Assembly: GCA_965248835.1 (NCBI GenBank)
Contig: CBDFLJ010000002.1
Coordinates: forward strand, 672,001-736,000
Reading direction: 5' to 3'
Length of the DNA stretch: 64,000 nucleotides
From: Alphaproteobacteria bacterium
GTDB lineage: Bacteria > Pseudomonadota > Alphaproteobacteria > MPNO01
Within the stretch, counting starts at the first letter, position 1, and each line of letters opens with the position of its first letter. The notes under the pieces are model-generated. The model made no database searches. It worked only from the letters and a program-made list of their open reading frames with translations, and had not been told where the DNA came from. The position numbers were made by a program, and so were the translations under genes. Shown here in pieces: positions 8,261-18,270 of the stretch.

Positions 8261-10266
8261 GGGGCCGGCTCGCCGACCGTCTGGAACAGAGTGATGTACA
8301 GGCTGTTGGGGCGCGTGAAGGCGAATCGCCCATCGCCCATGCGCGGCACGAACGCGGTGAACGCCTGGCGCGATTGGATAACCACGACGTCCTCGATTTC
8401 CGCGATTCGGGCGACGCCCTCGTAATCCGGTGCCACGCGCACCAGCCACGACGCAAACGGCTCGTCGGTGCTCGCATAGAGGAACCTGCCGCCGCGCTGC
8501 AACGCGTCCTTGATCCGCAGGACCGGCTTGCCCGCGTCCCACGCGACGGGAAGCGCATTTCCGACCACGCCCTCGATCTCCGCCGGGACCGCAATTGCGG
8601 CGGTCGGGTCGGTCACGGCTGCGAAGCGCGTCTGCTGCGCCGTAAACCCGACCAGCGACCAGGCGACCAACGCCAACGGCCCGGCCGCATGGCGCGCCGC
8701 CGGCCGCATCCGCCCGAGTGCTCCGCCGGCACCGCGCCAAAGGCCCGATCCGCACCACGCGATCCCCACGGCGATCACGGCTATGAATACCGGCGCGACG
8801 AACAGGATGTGGCGCGTGGGCGCGATGTTCAGAAGACCGGCGGCGACGAACGCGAGATAGACCCCCGCAGTCGCCACGATCAAGCTCGCGCACGCGTCCC
8901 GATGAAGCCCCCAATCCGAGGGCTTTCGGCACAGCGCCGCCGCGCCAGCGCAAAACGCGGCCCCGCCGACGGCGAACTGGACCGCATTCAGAGCGCCGAC
9001 GCCGTTGACCAGCGCGACGTAGTTCAGGATCGAATAGTAGAGGTAATCCGGGGCCTCAGAGACCGACCGCATGACGCCGCGCAGCCCCTGCCCGGTCTGG
9101 AAGAAAAGCACGGCGACGGCGAGGGTCGAGGCAATACCGGCCCGGTTCGCCGCCAGGACGCCGGCGCTCGCCGACAGGGCCCTCGCCGCCAACGACGGGG
9201 CGATTTCGCCGCGCCGGATGCCAGCGGCCCATTCGAGGACCAGCGCGGCAATGTAGTAGACGACGATGAGGTAGCTGAATAGGACGAGAACGGCGGCAGA
9301 CCAGCTCACCCGTGCCGCGAACGCCGTCCGTCCCCAGGAGGTCGCCGCCGCGTACAGGAAGATGGACGCCGCGGCGAGAGACCAGATCGTATTTCCCAAA
9401 TGAAATGCATAGGAATAAATGCTTATGGAAAACACGAATAATAGTATAGAAATGCTAGAAGCATATATATTTATGCCAGTATTCAATAAAAATAAAAATA
9501 ACAATAAAGAAGAAATATAAAATATCGTTATCGTTAGGAGCGTCGCGTAATCCATGAACTCCCTGTATGACTCCGAGAATCCGTAGATCGCGCTGTAGAG
9601 AAGTCCCGGACCCACGGAGATCGTGCTCGCGAGCGGAACCAGCAGCGCCCGCTCCACCACATCGGGCAACGGCAGAGTGGAGACGCCGATGATGAGACCG
9701 AACCGATACAGTCCGTGGAGCGGCAGCCGTTTCAGCCGCTCGTCGCTCTTAAGCTGGGCGACCAGGAACGCCCGAATCTCCGCCGTGGTCCTGGCGTCGA
9801 TATCGGGCCCGGCGCGCGTCCTGTAATAGCGCTCGAAGATGGGCTGTCGTCTGAGGGTCTCCAACGCCCAGTCCGGCGTCCAGTCGTCGACGATCCTGGC
9901 CGCCACCGGCATATCGTCGGCCTCGCGAGCCTGCCGCGATGGCGCGCCCCACGCGGCCGGAAGATTCGACCACGATGTATAGCTTAACGCGGATTCCTTC
10001 GGATCCTGCAGAATGGCGTAAACCGAATAGGAATCGAGTTCCTGAAAATGCTCAGATCGGAATGATAGCGACGTGGCAAATGACAGCAGGATGGCCGCCA
10101 ACGTCAATCCAACGACCAGTCCGCGATGGGGATCAAGAGGCCCGGCGGCCGCGCGGCCATGGGGTTCCCCGTCCTCGATCGGCTGGTTCACCTTCTGATG
10201 TCCCGGGTGATCAAGCGGCCGCGCCGCCTTCGAGAATGGCGGCCCGCCCTCGCGGGCCGGTGTCAT
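8257..10266 (-). CDS. Large polytopic membrane protein, possible GT-C glycosyltransferase
   Basis: Many TM segments, with an acidic ELD motif after the first TM. Stop/start overlaps with both neighbours. Start uncertain. Confidence 0.55.
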   Translation of the reverse strand: MTPAREGGPPFSKAARPLDHPGHQKVNQPIEDGEPHGRAAAGPLDPHRGLVVGLTLAAILLSFATSLSFRSEHFQELDSYSVYAILQDPKESALSYTSWSNLPAAWGAPSRQAREADDMPVAARIVDDWTPDWALETLRRQPIFERYYRTRAGPDIDARTTAEIRAFLVAQLKSDERLKRLPLHGLYRFGLIIGVSTLPLPDVVERALLVPLASTISVGPGLLYSAIYGFSESYREFMDYATLLTITIFYISSLLLFLFLLNTGINIYASSISILLFVFSISIYSYAFHLGNTIWSLAAASIFLYAAATSWGRTAFAARVSWSAAVLVLFSYLIVVYYIAALVLEWAAGIRRGEIAPSLAARALSASAGVLAANRAGIASTLAVAVLFFQTGQGLRGVMRSVSEAPDYLYYSILNYVALVNGVGALNAVQFAVGGAAFCAGAAALCRKPSDWGLHRDACASLIVATAGVYLAFVAAGLLNIAPTRHILFVAPVFIAVIAVGIAWCGSGLWRGAGGALGRMRPAARHAAGPLALVAWSLVGFTAQQTRFAAVTDPTAAIAVPAEIEGVVGNALPVAWDAGKPVLRIKDALQRGGRFLYASTDEPFASWLVRVAPDYEGVARIAEIEDVVVIQSRQAFTAFVPRMGDGRFAFTRPNSLYITLFQTVGEPAP

Positions 10267-11210
10267 TCGGACGAGTACACCCCTTCGGATCGCGCGTCAC
10301 CGACGAGGTCGGCGACCACAAGGAGTTCGTCGCCATTTAGCGGCGCGGCGGCCGGTTGAGTTGAGAAGAATTCGCAGGCGCGAAGTGGAGTGTCATACGG
10401 GTCGGTGGCGAAACGTGCGGTGAAGGCGTAATCGGGCAGATTCCGCGCGAAGAAGTGGGCGTCCAGCGCCAGCGCGTGATTCTCGCTAATCGACCCGCCC
10501 CATTTCGTACCGAGGCGGCGGGCCTTCTCGCCTGCGCCATTGGGGACGAATATGATTAGTTTCCCCGAAGGCTTGAGCAACCGGCGAAACGTCGCGAACG
10601 ACGGCTTGAGGTCTGGCAAGTGCTCAAGAACATGATGAGAGTAGACGACGTCGAACGATTGCGGCGCAAGCTTGTCAAGCGCCGTGAAGCTGTCGACGAT
10701 GTCGACACCCAATTTCGTACGCCCGTACTCGGCGCGCGCTCCTGATATCTCGAATCCGACAGCGTCGAAACCGGCTTGACGAAATTGGTGGACGGTGTAT
10801 CCCCATGAGCATCCGTAGTCGAGAAGCCGCCCGCCTGGCGCAAGCTCTTTGATCAACGCGATCTTTCTCGAAAAATCAACCATGGTCCCGCGAAACTCGC
10901 TGGCGACGAGTTCGGACAGACGGCTCTCCGACGGGACGTCGGTGACCACGCCGCCCTCGAAATCGGCTTGATAGAATTCGCTGTTTATCCGCACGTCGTC
11001 CTTTGGATAGCGGTACATGAGTGCACAGCGCGCGCAGCGGCGCAACTCGAGCACCAGAGCCTTTCGGCCGATTAGAGACGTTTGTCCGCTTCCGCAAAAG
11101 GGACAGCTGGTATCCTGGCCGGCCAGCCTCCGGCGCATCACGGAGATGAGAAAATTGATACGAGCCATCCTACGAATCCAGGTCCCAGAGGCATAACCGT
11201 GTACGCCCAC
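10263..11210 (-). CDS. Class I SAM-dependent methyltransferase with an N-terminal Cys cluster
   Basis: CPFC...CARC, LLDYGCSWG and HHVLEHLPD. Confidence 0.85.
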   Translation of the reverse strand: MGVHGYASGTWIRRMARINFLISVMRRRLAGQDTSCPFCGSGQTSLIGRKALVLELRRCARCALMYRYPKDDVRINSEFYQADFEGGVVTDVPSESRLSELVASEFRGTMVDFSRKIALIKELAPGGRLLDYGCSWGYTVHQFRQAGFDAVGFEISGARAEYGRTKLGVDIVDSFTALDKLAPQSFDVVYSHHVLEHLPDLKPSFATFRRLLKPSGKLIIFVPNGAGEKARRLGTKWGGSISENHALALDAHFFARNLPDYAFTARFATDPYDTPLRACEFFSTQPAAAPLNGDELLVVADLVGDARSEGVYSSE

Positions 11211-11301
11211 GCGCCACGCCCTTGCGCGATCCGTCCCTGATACCCCAATTCATGGCAATCGTACCAACCCGACATATCTTGGGGTAGCCATATCTCTCCG
11301 G

Positions 11302-12588
11302 TCAACCAAGGCTGGCGGTAGGAGCGCCGCCTTCGCGCTCCGCCAGCAGCGACGCATAGAGCCGTCCCAGCGACTCGCCGTAGCGGGATTGCCGGTAGCA
11401 CCGGCGGATCAGATCGGCATTGCGCCGGCCGATCTCGGCCAGTCCGGCGCGGTCGCCAAGCGCCCGGCGCAGCGCCGCCGCGAGGGCCTCGGGGTCGGCG
11501 GGCGGCACCAGGGCGCCATGGACGCCGTCCTCGACGATCGACCCGGCGTTCTCGGTGGTGATCACGTAGCAGCCGCAGGCGAGCGCCTCGAACACGACCC
11601 GCGCCGAGCCTTCGCAAAGGGACGGGAATACGAAGACGTCGGCGGTCGTCATCAATGACGCGAGCGCGGCCCTGGGCAGCGTTCCCCGGATGGCCACGCG
11701 CGGGTCGCCGAGAACGTCGCGGAACCGCCGTCCGATATCCGGCGCGATCGGGCCGGCGATATCGAGGCGCCAGTGCGCATCGCCGAGCTTCGGGAGCGCG
11801 GCCAGCAGCGACTCGGCTCCCTTGCGGCGGTCGAGCGCGCCGGCGAACAACACGCGTAGCGGCGCGGCGGCGGCCGCGTCCCCGGCCTCCGGGGACACGG
11901 CGTTCATGAACTGATCGTCGACGCCTCGGTAGATGACATGCACCCGCGCCGCGTCCCATCCCTGGTGGAGGAACGTCGTCTTGACGAAGTCCGAATTGAC
12001 TACTACGTGGTGAGCCTGGGCAACATCCTCGGCGATGGCGCGCCACATCGGCGAGATCGGCCCGGACTGGCCGCGGGCGGGTAATCTGCCACCATTCTCA
12101 ATCAGATACGCGAGCACCGCCGGATGCGCGATGGAATGCTCGCAGAGGATCACCAGGCCACGATCCCTGGCGACGCGCACCGAGGCGTGTCCATAGCCCG
12201 AACGGTAGTGGTAGAGCCGCGCCCCGGTGGCGCGCACCGCGGCGGAGGCCTGCCACCCGTAAAGGCGCCGGGCGGCGTCATATATGTACTCCGCGTGCCG
12301 TGGCGTTCGGCTCACGGCGCGCACCAGATGACCGAGGTGAATGATGGCTTCGCTGAGCCACAGGCCGTGGACGGCGTCCTCGGGGATCGCCGATTCCTCG
12401 CGTCTCAGCAAGCGCCGGACCGAGGCCAGCCGCGTGAGCCCGGTCGCGGCAAGCACCGCGCGAACCGGCGCCGTGGGATAGCCTCCAGTGATGAAATTTG
12501 CCAATTCGCCGCGCCGCGCCATTTCGGCGGCGGCCAGCCGCAGGGGGAATAGTCCATGGCCATTCGAGATGACGTACGATCCGCTCAC
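11302..12588 (-). CDS. GT4 glycosyltransferase
   Basis: VLFAGALDRRKG and FPSLCEGSARVVFEALACG. Start placed at GTG (VSGSYVISNG). Confidence 0.85.
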   Translation of the reverse strand: MSGSYVISNGHGLFPLRLAAAEMARRGELANFITGGYPTAPVRAVLAATGLTRLASVRRLLRREESAIPEDAVHGLWLSEAIIHLGHLVRAVSRTPRHAEYIYDAARRLYGWQASAAVRATGARLYHYRSGYGHASVRVARDRGLVILCEHSIAHPAVLAYLIENGGRLPARGQSGPISPMWRAIAEDVAQAHHVVVNSDFVKTTFLHQGWDAARVHVIYRGVDDQFMNAVSPEAGDAAAAAPLRVLFAGALDRRKGAESLLAALPKLGDAHWRLDIAGPIAPDIGRRFRDVLGDPRVAIRGTLPRAALASLMTTADVFVFPSLCEGSARVVFEALACGCYVITTENAGSIVEDGVHGALVPPADPEALAAALRRALGDRAGLAEIGRRNADLIRRCYRQSRYGESLGRLYASLLAEREGGAPTASLG

Positions 12589-12596
12589 GGCACCGC

Positions 12597-14302
12597 TTAG
12601 CTCAGCCCCTGGGCGGCGCGGCCGAGGCGCCGCTCGAAGGCGCTCCAGGCCACAACCTTCCATGCGGCCCGAAAATGCCGGTGAATGTCCAGGGTGCGCC
12701 ATTGCGCGGGCGACCGCCGCAACGCAGGCGGCAGCCGCTCCTCGAAGCGCTCGATCGCCGTCCGGTCCGCGAGCTCGCGAAAGCCATTGTAGCCCGACAC
12801 GAGCCAAATCCAGCGGAGGTTGTAGGCGAACCCCCCTTTCCGCCGATTGACGAACCATTTCGGCCAATGCGCCAGCAGATCGAGCAGCAGCGCCTTGGGC
12901 CTGCCGCCGTGGAGCAATATGTCGGGGGGAATCGTGCGGACGTAGTGGAGCAGGTCCCAATCCAGAAATGGCGCCCGCAGGATCACCGCCTGCTCGGACG
13001 CGGCGCGATCCGATTTCGCGAACCCGTGCCCGATCATCGAATCGGTGACGATGTGCCGCGCCCAGGTTCCCATCCAGGGTGGCAGAGCGCCGGGCCGGAC
13101 TGAAGGGATATGCCGCGCTCGACATAGGGCGGCTGGCCGCGCGCGTTCGTGTCCGTCCACCGGGCAAATTCGCCGAAACCGCAAAACGCCTCGTCGCCGC
13201 CGTCGCCGACCAGCGCGACGCGGCCGCGTTCCTTGGCCGAGCGAAGCAGCGTGCAGAGTTGAAAGAACGAGATCATGCCGAGCGGCTCGTCCTGAATCTC
13301 GAACGCGAACGCGATCTCTTCGGAAAGGTTCTTGAAATGGGGGTAGACCACCCTCAGCGGCAATCCGAGACGCCAGCCCGCGTAGCGTCCGTAGCGCTCG
13401 TCGTAGGAGAGCGGGATGACGCTGCCCATGGTAAGCGCCGCAATTCGAAGCTCCCCGCCGTTCAGCTCCGTCATCAACAGGTCGCTCAAGACTGTTGAAT
13501 CGATGCCGCCCGACAGGAGAATCGTCGGCAAGTGGTCGTCGCCCGTGCAGCGTCCGATCGCCTGGCAAAGCAGGCTGCGCACCCTGCGCACGACCTCGTC
13601 GCGGGTCTCGCCGTCATGGACCGGACCGCCGGTGGGCCGGCAGTCGGTTTCTCCTACGAGGTCGCCTTCGAAGTCGTAGACCAGGACCTGGCCGGGCCGC
13701 ACGGTCGTCGCGCTGCGTAACACGGTCCGGTGGGGCAGGATGTATTCAAGTTCCCAGAAGTCCTCGGCGGCCTCCTCGTCGATGGCCAACCCGCCGCCCT
13801 GGGCCGCCGCCATCGCCATGATCGACGAGGCGAACAGAACCATGCCTCCCCAGTTCGCCACCAACAGGGGCTTGGTGCCGACCGGGTCGCGCACGAGCAT
13901 GACGCGACGGGCGCGCAGATCGACCAGGGCGAAGGAAAACGCGCCGCGAAACTTCCTGAAGCCCTCGACGCCGTCGGCCTGATAGGCGGAGATGATGACC
14001 TCGGTGTCGCATTCCGTCCGGTAATCGAAGTCGCCGTAGTCCCGGCGGATCTCGCGGTAGTTGTAGATTTCGCCGTTGAACACGACGACCAGGCTATGTC
14101 GCTCGTCCACGAGCGGCTGGTTGGACCTCGGAAGCGGGTCGACCGTCGGCAGCCGCGAGTGCATCAACTCGATGCGGCCGTCGTCAGACGTCCAGACCCC
14201 CTGATGGTCAGGTCCGCGCCGCGCGAGCCATGGCATTCCGGCGGCGAGGGGGCGCGTGTTGGCCGACCGGTGCGTCAGGATTCTTCCGGCCAGCCCACAC
14301 AT
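12597..14302 (-). pseudogene. Asparagine synthase (glutamine-hydrolysing)-like amidotransferase, frameshifted near 13100
   Basis: MCGLAG, RGPD, NGEIYN, LSGGIDS and GDGGDE in one frame. The C-terminal RAPFLD...KALL...RKGGF is in another frame. Confidence 0.75.
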
Positions 14303-14428
14303 TCCGCTACCCAGATTGCTTCCGGCATCGCTCCTCGGAGATGCCGGGAACCGCTTGAATCGCCGTGAAGTGTAGTCGAATCCGCGCCCTGACGCCAACC
14401 GGCCCATCGTCCGGGCATGCGGCAAGGG

Positions 14429-15799
14429 TCACGATTTCAACAATTCCCGCAGGACGCCGATGGGTGGCCGAACGACCGTCAAACCGAAGGTCGTCAATGG
14501 CTCGTCGAGATGCGCCAGGCAAACACGCAAGACGTACCCAACCATGAATGCCTCGGCCATGAAAACGCTTGCGGCGACGCCGGTGAGCCCGAACATGCGT
14601 CCCAGCAAGTACGCCGCCGCTAACGAAATGACGCTGACCGTGATATAGGCGACGGCCACGCGCATGTGCCGGTTCGTCGCATGGACCAGCATGAAACTCG
14701 CTTGCCACAGCCCGCTTGCCATGAGGACGAAGAGGAAGACTGCGAACAAGCCCCACTGCATGGCCACCGCGCCGCCGGTCCAGACCCGCAGCAGCCATTC
14801 GCCGAACACTACGAAGCCCACGACGACTGCGGCCAGGATCCAGACCGCCACTTGGCAGGCGTGGTTGTGCAGCTTGCGGACCCGTTCGGTATTCTCCGCA
14901 CCAAACGCAGTCGAAATCTCCGGAACCACGATACTGTTGACGACGCTCGCGAGCTGTAATCCGAAACGCGTCAACGTACGCAGCGTCGAGAACACCACGA
15001 CGGCTGTCGGCGAGAACAGGATGCCGACGACGATGACCATGCCCTGAAGGTTCACGGCGGTCGCCAAGGGCAGCACGGTGAACGCCAGGGCGGGTCGGGC
15101 GAGGCGCCTCACGGTCGCGGCATTGGCGTGTCGCCAGCCGAGCGTGATTCCCGGATTGACGCGCCGCAGTACGACGCCCATGGCGATCGTTCCGGCGAAC
15201 CTGCCGGCAAACAGCATGCCTGCCGCGGCGACGGGACCGCCGTCCAGAACCACCGCCGCGAAGAGCAGCGCGAATTCCGCGGCGCGCAGGCTGGCGAGGG
15301 CGAACTGACCCATGCCGTAGCGTCCCTCGCAGTGGAACCCGGCATAAACCAACGAACTCTGCAGGCTCACCAGCACATAGCCGCCGAGCAGCAGCAGGAC
15401 GGCCGCGGCGTCGGCGTCGCTCAGCCCCGAAAGATCGAGCCACGTGGCGATGTGCAGGAAGGGGACCGCCGCGGCGCAGGCCGCGACGACCACGACGGTG
15501 ACCGCAACCACCAGGAGCCAGGCGCTCTGGAAGGCTTCCAGCGCGGCCGACCGGTCGTCGCGGCCGACGGCGATCGCCATGTCGTTTTGGGCGGCGGTTG
15601 CGAATCCCAGATCGCTCATGGCGAGATAGGCGGGGATCGCCGTCAGGATCAGCCAGGCGCCATAGAGTTCGACACCCCAGGCCCCGATCAGCAGGGGTAC
15701 GGTGACGACCTGGACCACAACGGTAACCAGCCGGGCATAGGTCTGGGCGCCCAATCCCGATCTCACCCGTTTGCGTAGTCCACGATCCATGGGGCGCAC
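14429..15799 (-). CDS. wzx: Polysaccharide flippase (Wzx/MATE-like)
   Basis: About 12-14 TM helices, with GVELYGAW and SDLGF motifs, inside a glycan locus. Confidence 0.75.
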   Translation of the reverse strand: MRPMDRGLRKRVRSGLGAQTYARLVTVVVQVVTVPLLIGAWGVELYGAWLILTAIPAYLAMSDLGFATAAQNDMAIAVGRDDRSAALEAFQSAWLLVVAVTVVVVAACAAAVPFLHIATWLDLSGLSDADAAAVLLLLGGYVLVSLQSSLVYAGFHCEGRYGMGQFALASLRAAEFALLFAAVVLDGGPVAAAGMLFAGRFAGTIAMGVVLRRVNPGITLGWRHANAATVRRLARPALAFTVLPLATAVNLQGMVIVVGILFSPTAVVVFSTLRTLTRFGLQLASVVNSIVVPEISTAFGAENTERVRKLHNHACQVAVWILAAVVVGFVVFGEWLLRVWTGGAVAMQWGLFAVFLFVLMASGLWQASFMLVHATNRHMRVAVAYITVSVISLAAAYLLGRMFGLTGVAASVFMAEAFMVGYVLRVCLAHLDEPLTTFGLTVVRPPIGVLRELLKS

Positions 15800-15905
15800 C
15801 TAGTCGATGATGCGGCGGTCGACCGCCGCGTCGACGCGTATCGGAGGGCACCGCGGCAAGGCCGAGCGCCTCACTCGCGCGGCCCGGCGCAAACGCGAGC
15901 GGCTC

Positions 15906-16664
15906 TCAGGCGAAGTGGTCCTCCCGGATGTAAATGGCGTCGAAGCCCATAATCCGTCCAGCCGCGCTGAGGCCCGGTGGAAAGGAACCCGCAAATCGAT
16001 AATTCTTGCCTGACAAGAACGCGTTCACGTCGTGAAACGTCGGATGGCCTTCGAACAATTCCATCAAATGTATTTCGACGATCAGCGCAATGACATTTTC
16101 GAGTGTATGGAGTCCCCCTTTGAAGACGTCGATCTCGAAACCCTCGACATCGACTTTCAAGACGATTCCCTTGCCGTTGCGGCCGACGAATCTGTCTGCG
16201 TAGTCGTCGAGCGTGTGAACATCGACCTGTATGGTCCGGGTTTCCCGGGTGTAGGGAAACTCGCCCTTCATCAACGCGGTCGTCTTCAGGAACGACGACG
16301 ACATGGTGTGCTCGGTGTGGAGGAAGAATTCGTGCCGTCCCGGCTCGCGCCCCAACGCAACATTGAATATCTCCACCCGATTGGGAACGCTTTCGGCCCA
16401 TTCCCGAAGCTGGTCGAAGACGTCGGGCACGGGCTCGAAACAGTATATCCGCGCTTCGGGAAACGCCTTGATCGCGCGTCTGGCGAACTGCCCCTGGTTG
16501 GCGCCGACGTCGACGACGGCATCGACTGGAAGAGACGTGAGACCGAAGAACCTCTGCTCGGCCCGTATGTCGCGAATATCATAGCCAAATCGTTGAAAAA
16601 TCGCCTTAACAATTTGTCTTATTCCGATCATCTCTCCATTTCCGATGCGGTCATTACCGTTCAT
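15906..16664 (-). CDS. FkbM-family methyltransferase
   Basis: VVDVGANQGQF, CFEPVP and LKVDVEGFE. Confidence 0.9.
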   Translation of the reverse strand: MNGNDRIGNGEMIGIRQIVKAIFQRFGYDIRDIRAEQRFFGLTSLPVDAVVDVGANQGQFARRAIKAFPEARIYCFEPVPDVFDQLREWAESVPNRVEIFNVALGREPGRHEFFLHTEHTMSSSFLKTTALMKGEFPYTRETRTIQVDVHTLDDYADRFVGRNGKGIVLKVDVEGFEIDVFKGGLHTLENVIALIVEIHLMELFEGHPTFHDVNAFLSGKNYRFAGSFPPGLSAAGRIMGFDAIYIREDHFA

Positions 16665-16944
16665 TTGTTGCCGTTATTCGACGCGTCTGTTTTGGTGTCG
16701 GTCTCTTGCAACATTGTTTCGGCTCGCGCGTCGCGACCGACGACACCGCCATGTTGCCCGCAATCGACGCCCCGCGCAACGCAGACCGAGGACTGGCCGT
16801 CGCATGGCGATGGCGTTCGGCGTAGCCATCGCAACGACGACCATGGCATAATTGCCGTGGCAGATGTATTCCGGCGATGACCCGATGGGTGAGTGCTCCA
16901 GGCTTCCATCCTAGGTCTTCGGAGTCGCTGAAAACGGCGGAGCG

Positions 16945-18270
16945 ATGGGCATTATTCGCGGCGACTCGACGACCACCCCGCCACTGCGTCCGGGAATGCC
17001 GGTCCGTGGCGCGCACGGGCGTGCCTCGAGGGGCGGGGTGCTTCTCGACATTTTTGTCTTTGTCGTGCCGTGTACGATGTTCGTCGAAGTGACGGTCGTC
17101 GGCAGGATATTTGCGCCCGAATTCATGCTGCTCGCCGCGCTGCCCATCCTGCTGGTCGGCAGGGGGCGGGCACTCTCGGCGCCGCTTCCGCGGACGCTGA
17201 TATATCTAGGACTGCTCTGGCTGGCGGGCCAGGTTGTGACGGATCTGATTCGCGAGACCCCGTTCGGGGACTACGCGCGGGGTTGGGCAAAGATCGCGTT
17301 TACCATGCTCGATTTCGTCGCCCTGTATCTGCTTTTGCATGGCAACCGAAGGCGCATCGTGCTGTTCGCCAGCGGCTGGGTCGTGGGCGGCATTCTCGGC
17401 TATTTCGTTAACCCGGGGGTGTTTGCGGAAGGACATCCGTGGAAATTCGGCTACGGCGTCCCGGTGACCTTGATGCTCGTGCTCGTCGCACAGTACGTCT
17501 TCGAGCGCAACGACCCGAGAATGGTTTCCGCCGTTCTGTTGTTTGCCGCCGGTTTGAACCTTGTGATGGAATTCCGTAGTTTCGCGGGAATTTGCTTTCT
17601 CACCGGCGTATACCTCTTACTGCGGACGCGGCGGTCGCGAGGTCGGCCGCGGATATCGTTCGCTCGGATGGCCGCCGTCGGTCTCGGTATGCTGGCGGCG
17701 ACGACCGGGTTCATTGAGCTGTACGGCTACGCGGCGCAAACCGGCGCCTTGGGAGCCGAGGCACAGGCGAAATACGAGATCCAGGCGTCCCGAAAGCTGG
17801 GCCTCCTTTTGGGCGGGCGGTCGGAGGTGGTTGTTGCCCTGCATGCGATCGCGGATTCACCCCTGATCGGGCACGGATCCTGGGCAAGGAACCGGGAATA
17901 CGCCTCACTCTTGCTCGAACTCCAGGGATATGGCCCTACAGCGAGGCAAATAGTTCTGGGGTCCGACGTCATCCCGTCCCACTCGTACATCTTCGGCGCT
18001 TGGGTGCAGGCCGGTCTCGTGGGCGCCGTGTTTTGGGGTTGGGTGGTATTGCTGATCGCCCTGGTGTTGACCGGTCAGTACCAGACCCGAGAACCCTTGA
18101 CCCCTCTGATCGTGTTCGTCTGCTTCGTGCTTCTGTGGGATGTCCTGTTCTCGCCGTTCGGCGCGTTGGGGCGACTGCAAGCGGCTTTTTACACGGTCGT
18201 TGTCATGTTTGCGGTAGAATCGGCGCGCGCGGCGGATCGCCGGAGCGTTCCAGCGGCGGAGGCCTCGTGA
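16945..18270 (+). CDS. O-antigen polymerase/ligase-like (Wzy/WaaL) membrane protein
   Basis: Multi-TM protein with SPLIGHGS and a periplasmic HS..GAWVQAGLVG motif. Start may lie ~30 codons later. Confidence 0.7.
   Translation: MGIIRGDSTTTPPLRPGMPVRGAHGRASRGGVLLDIFVFVVPCTMFVEVTVVGRIFAPEFMLLAALPILLVGRGRALSAPLPRTLIYLGLLWLAGQVVTDLIRETPFGDYARGWAKIAFTMLDFVALYLLLHGNRRRIVLFASGWVVGGILGYFVNPGVFAEGHPWKFGYGVPVTLMLVLVAQYVFERNDPRMVSAVLLFAAGLNLVMEFRSFAGICFLTGVYLLLRTRRSRGRPRISFARMAAVGLGMLAATTGFIELYGYAAQTGALGAEAQAKYEIQASRKLGLLLGGRSEVVVALHAIADSPLIGHGSWARNREYASLLLELQGYGPTARQIVLGSDVIPSHSYIFGAWVQAGLVGAVFWGWVVLLIALVLTGQYQTREPLTPLIVFVCFVLLWDVLFSPFGALGRLQAAFYTVVVMFAVESARAADRRSVPAAEAS

Noticed and set aside
11302-13167. 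621-aa GT4, 464-aa GT2 (7559-8953) and 572-aa DctM as extended or fusion proteins
   Set aside because: The N-terminal extensions overlap upstream genes. Better starts exist at stop/start junctions.
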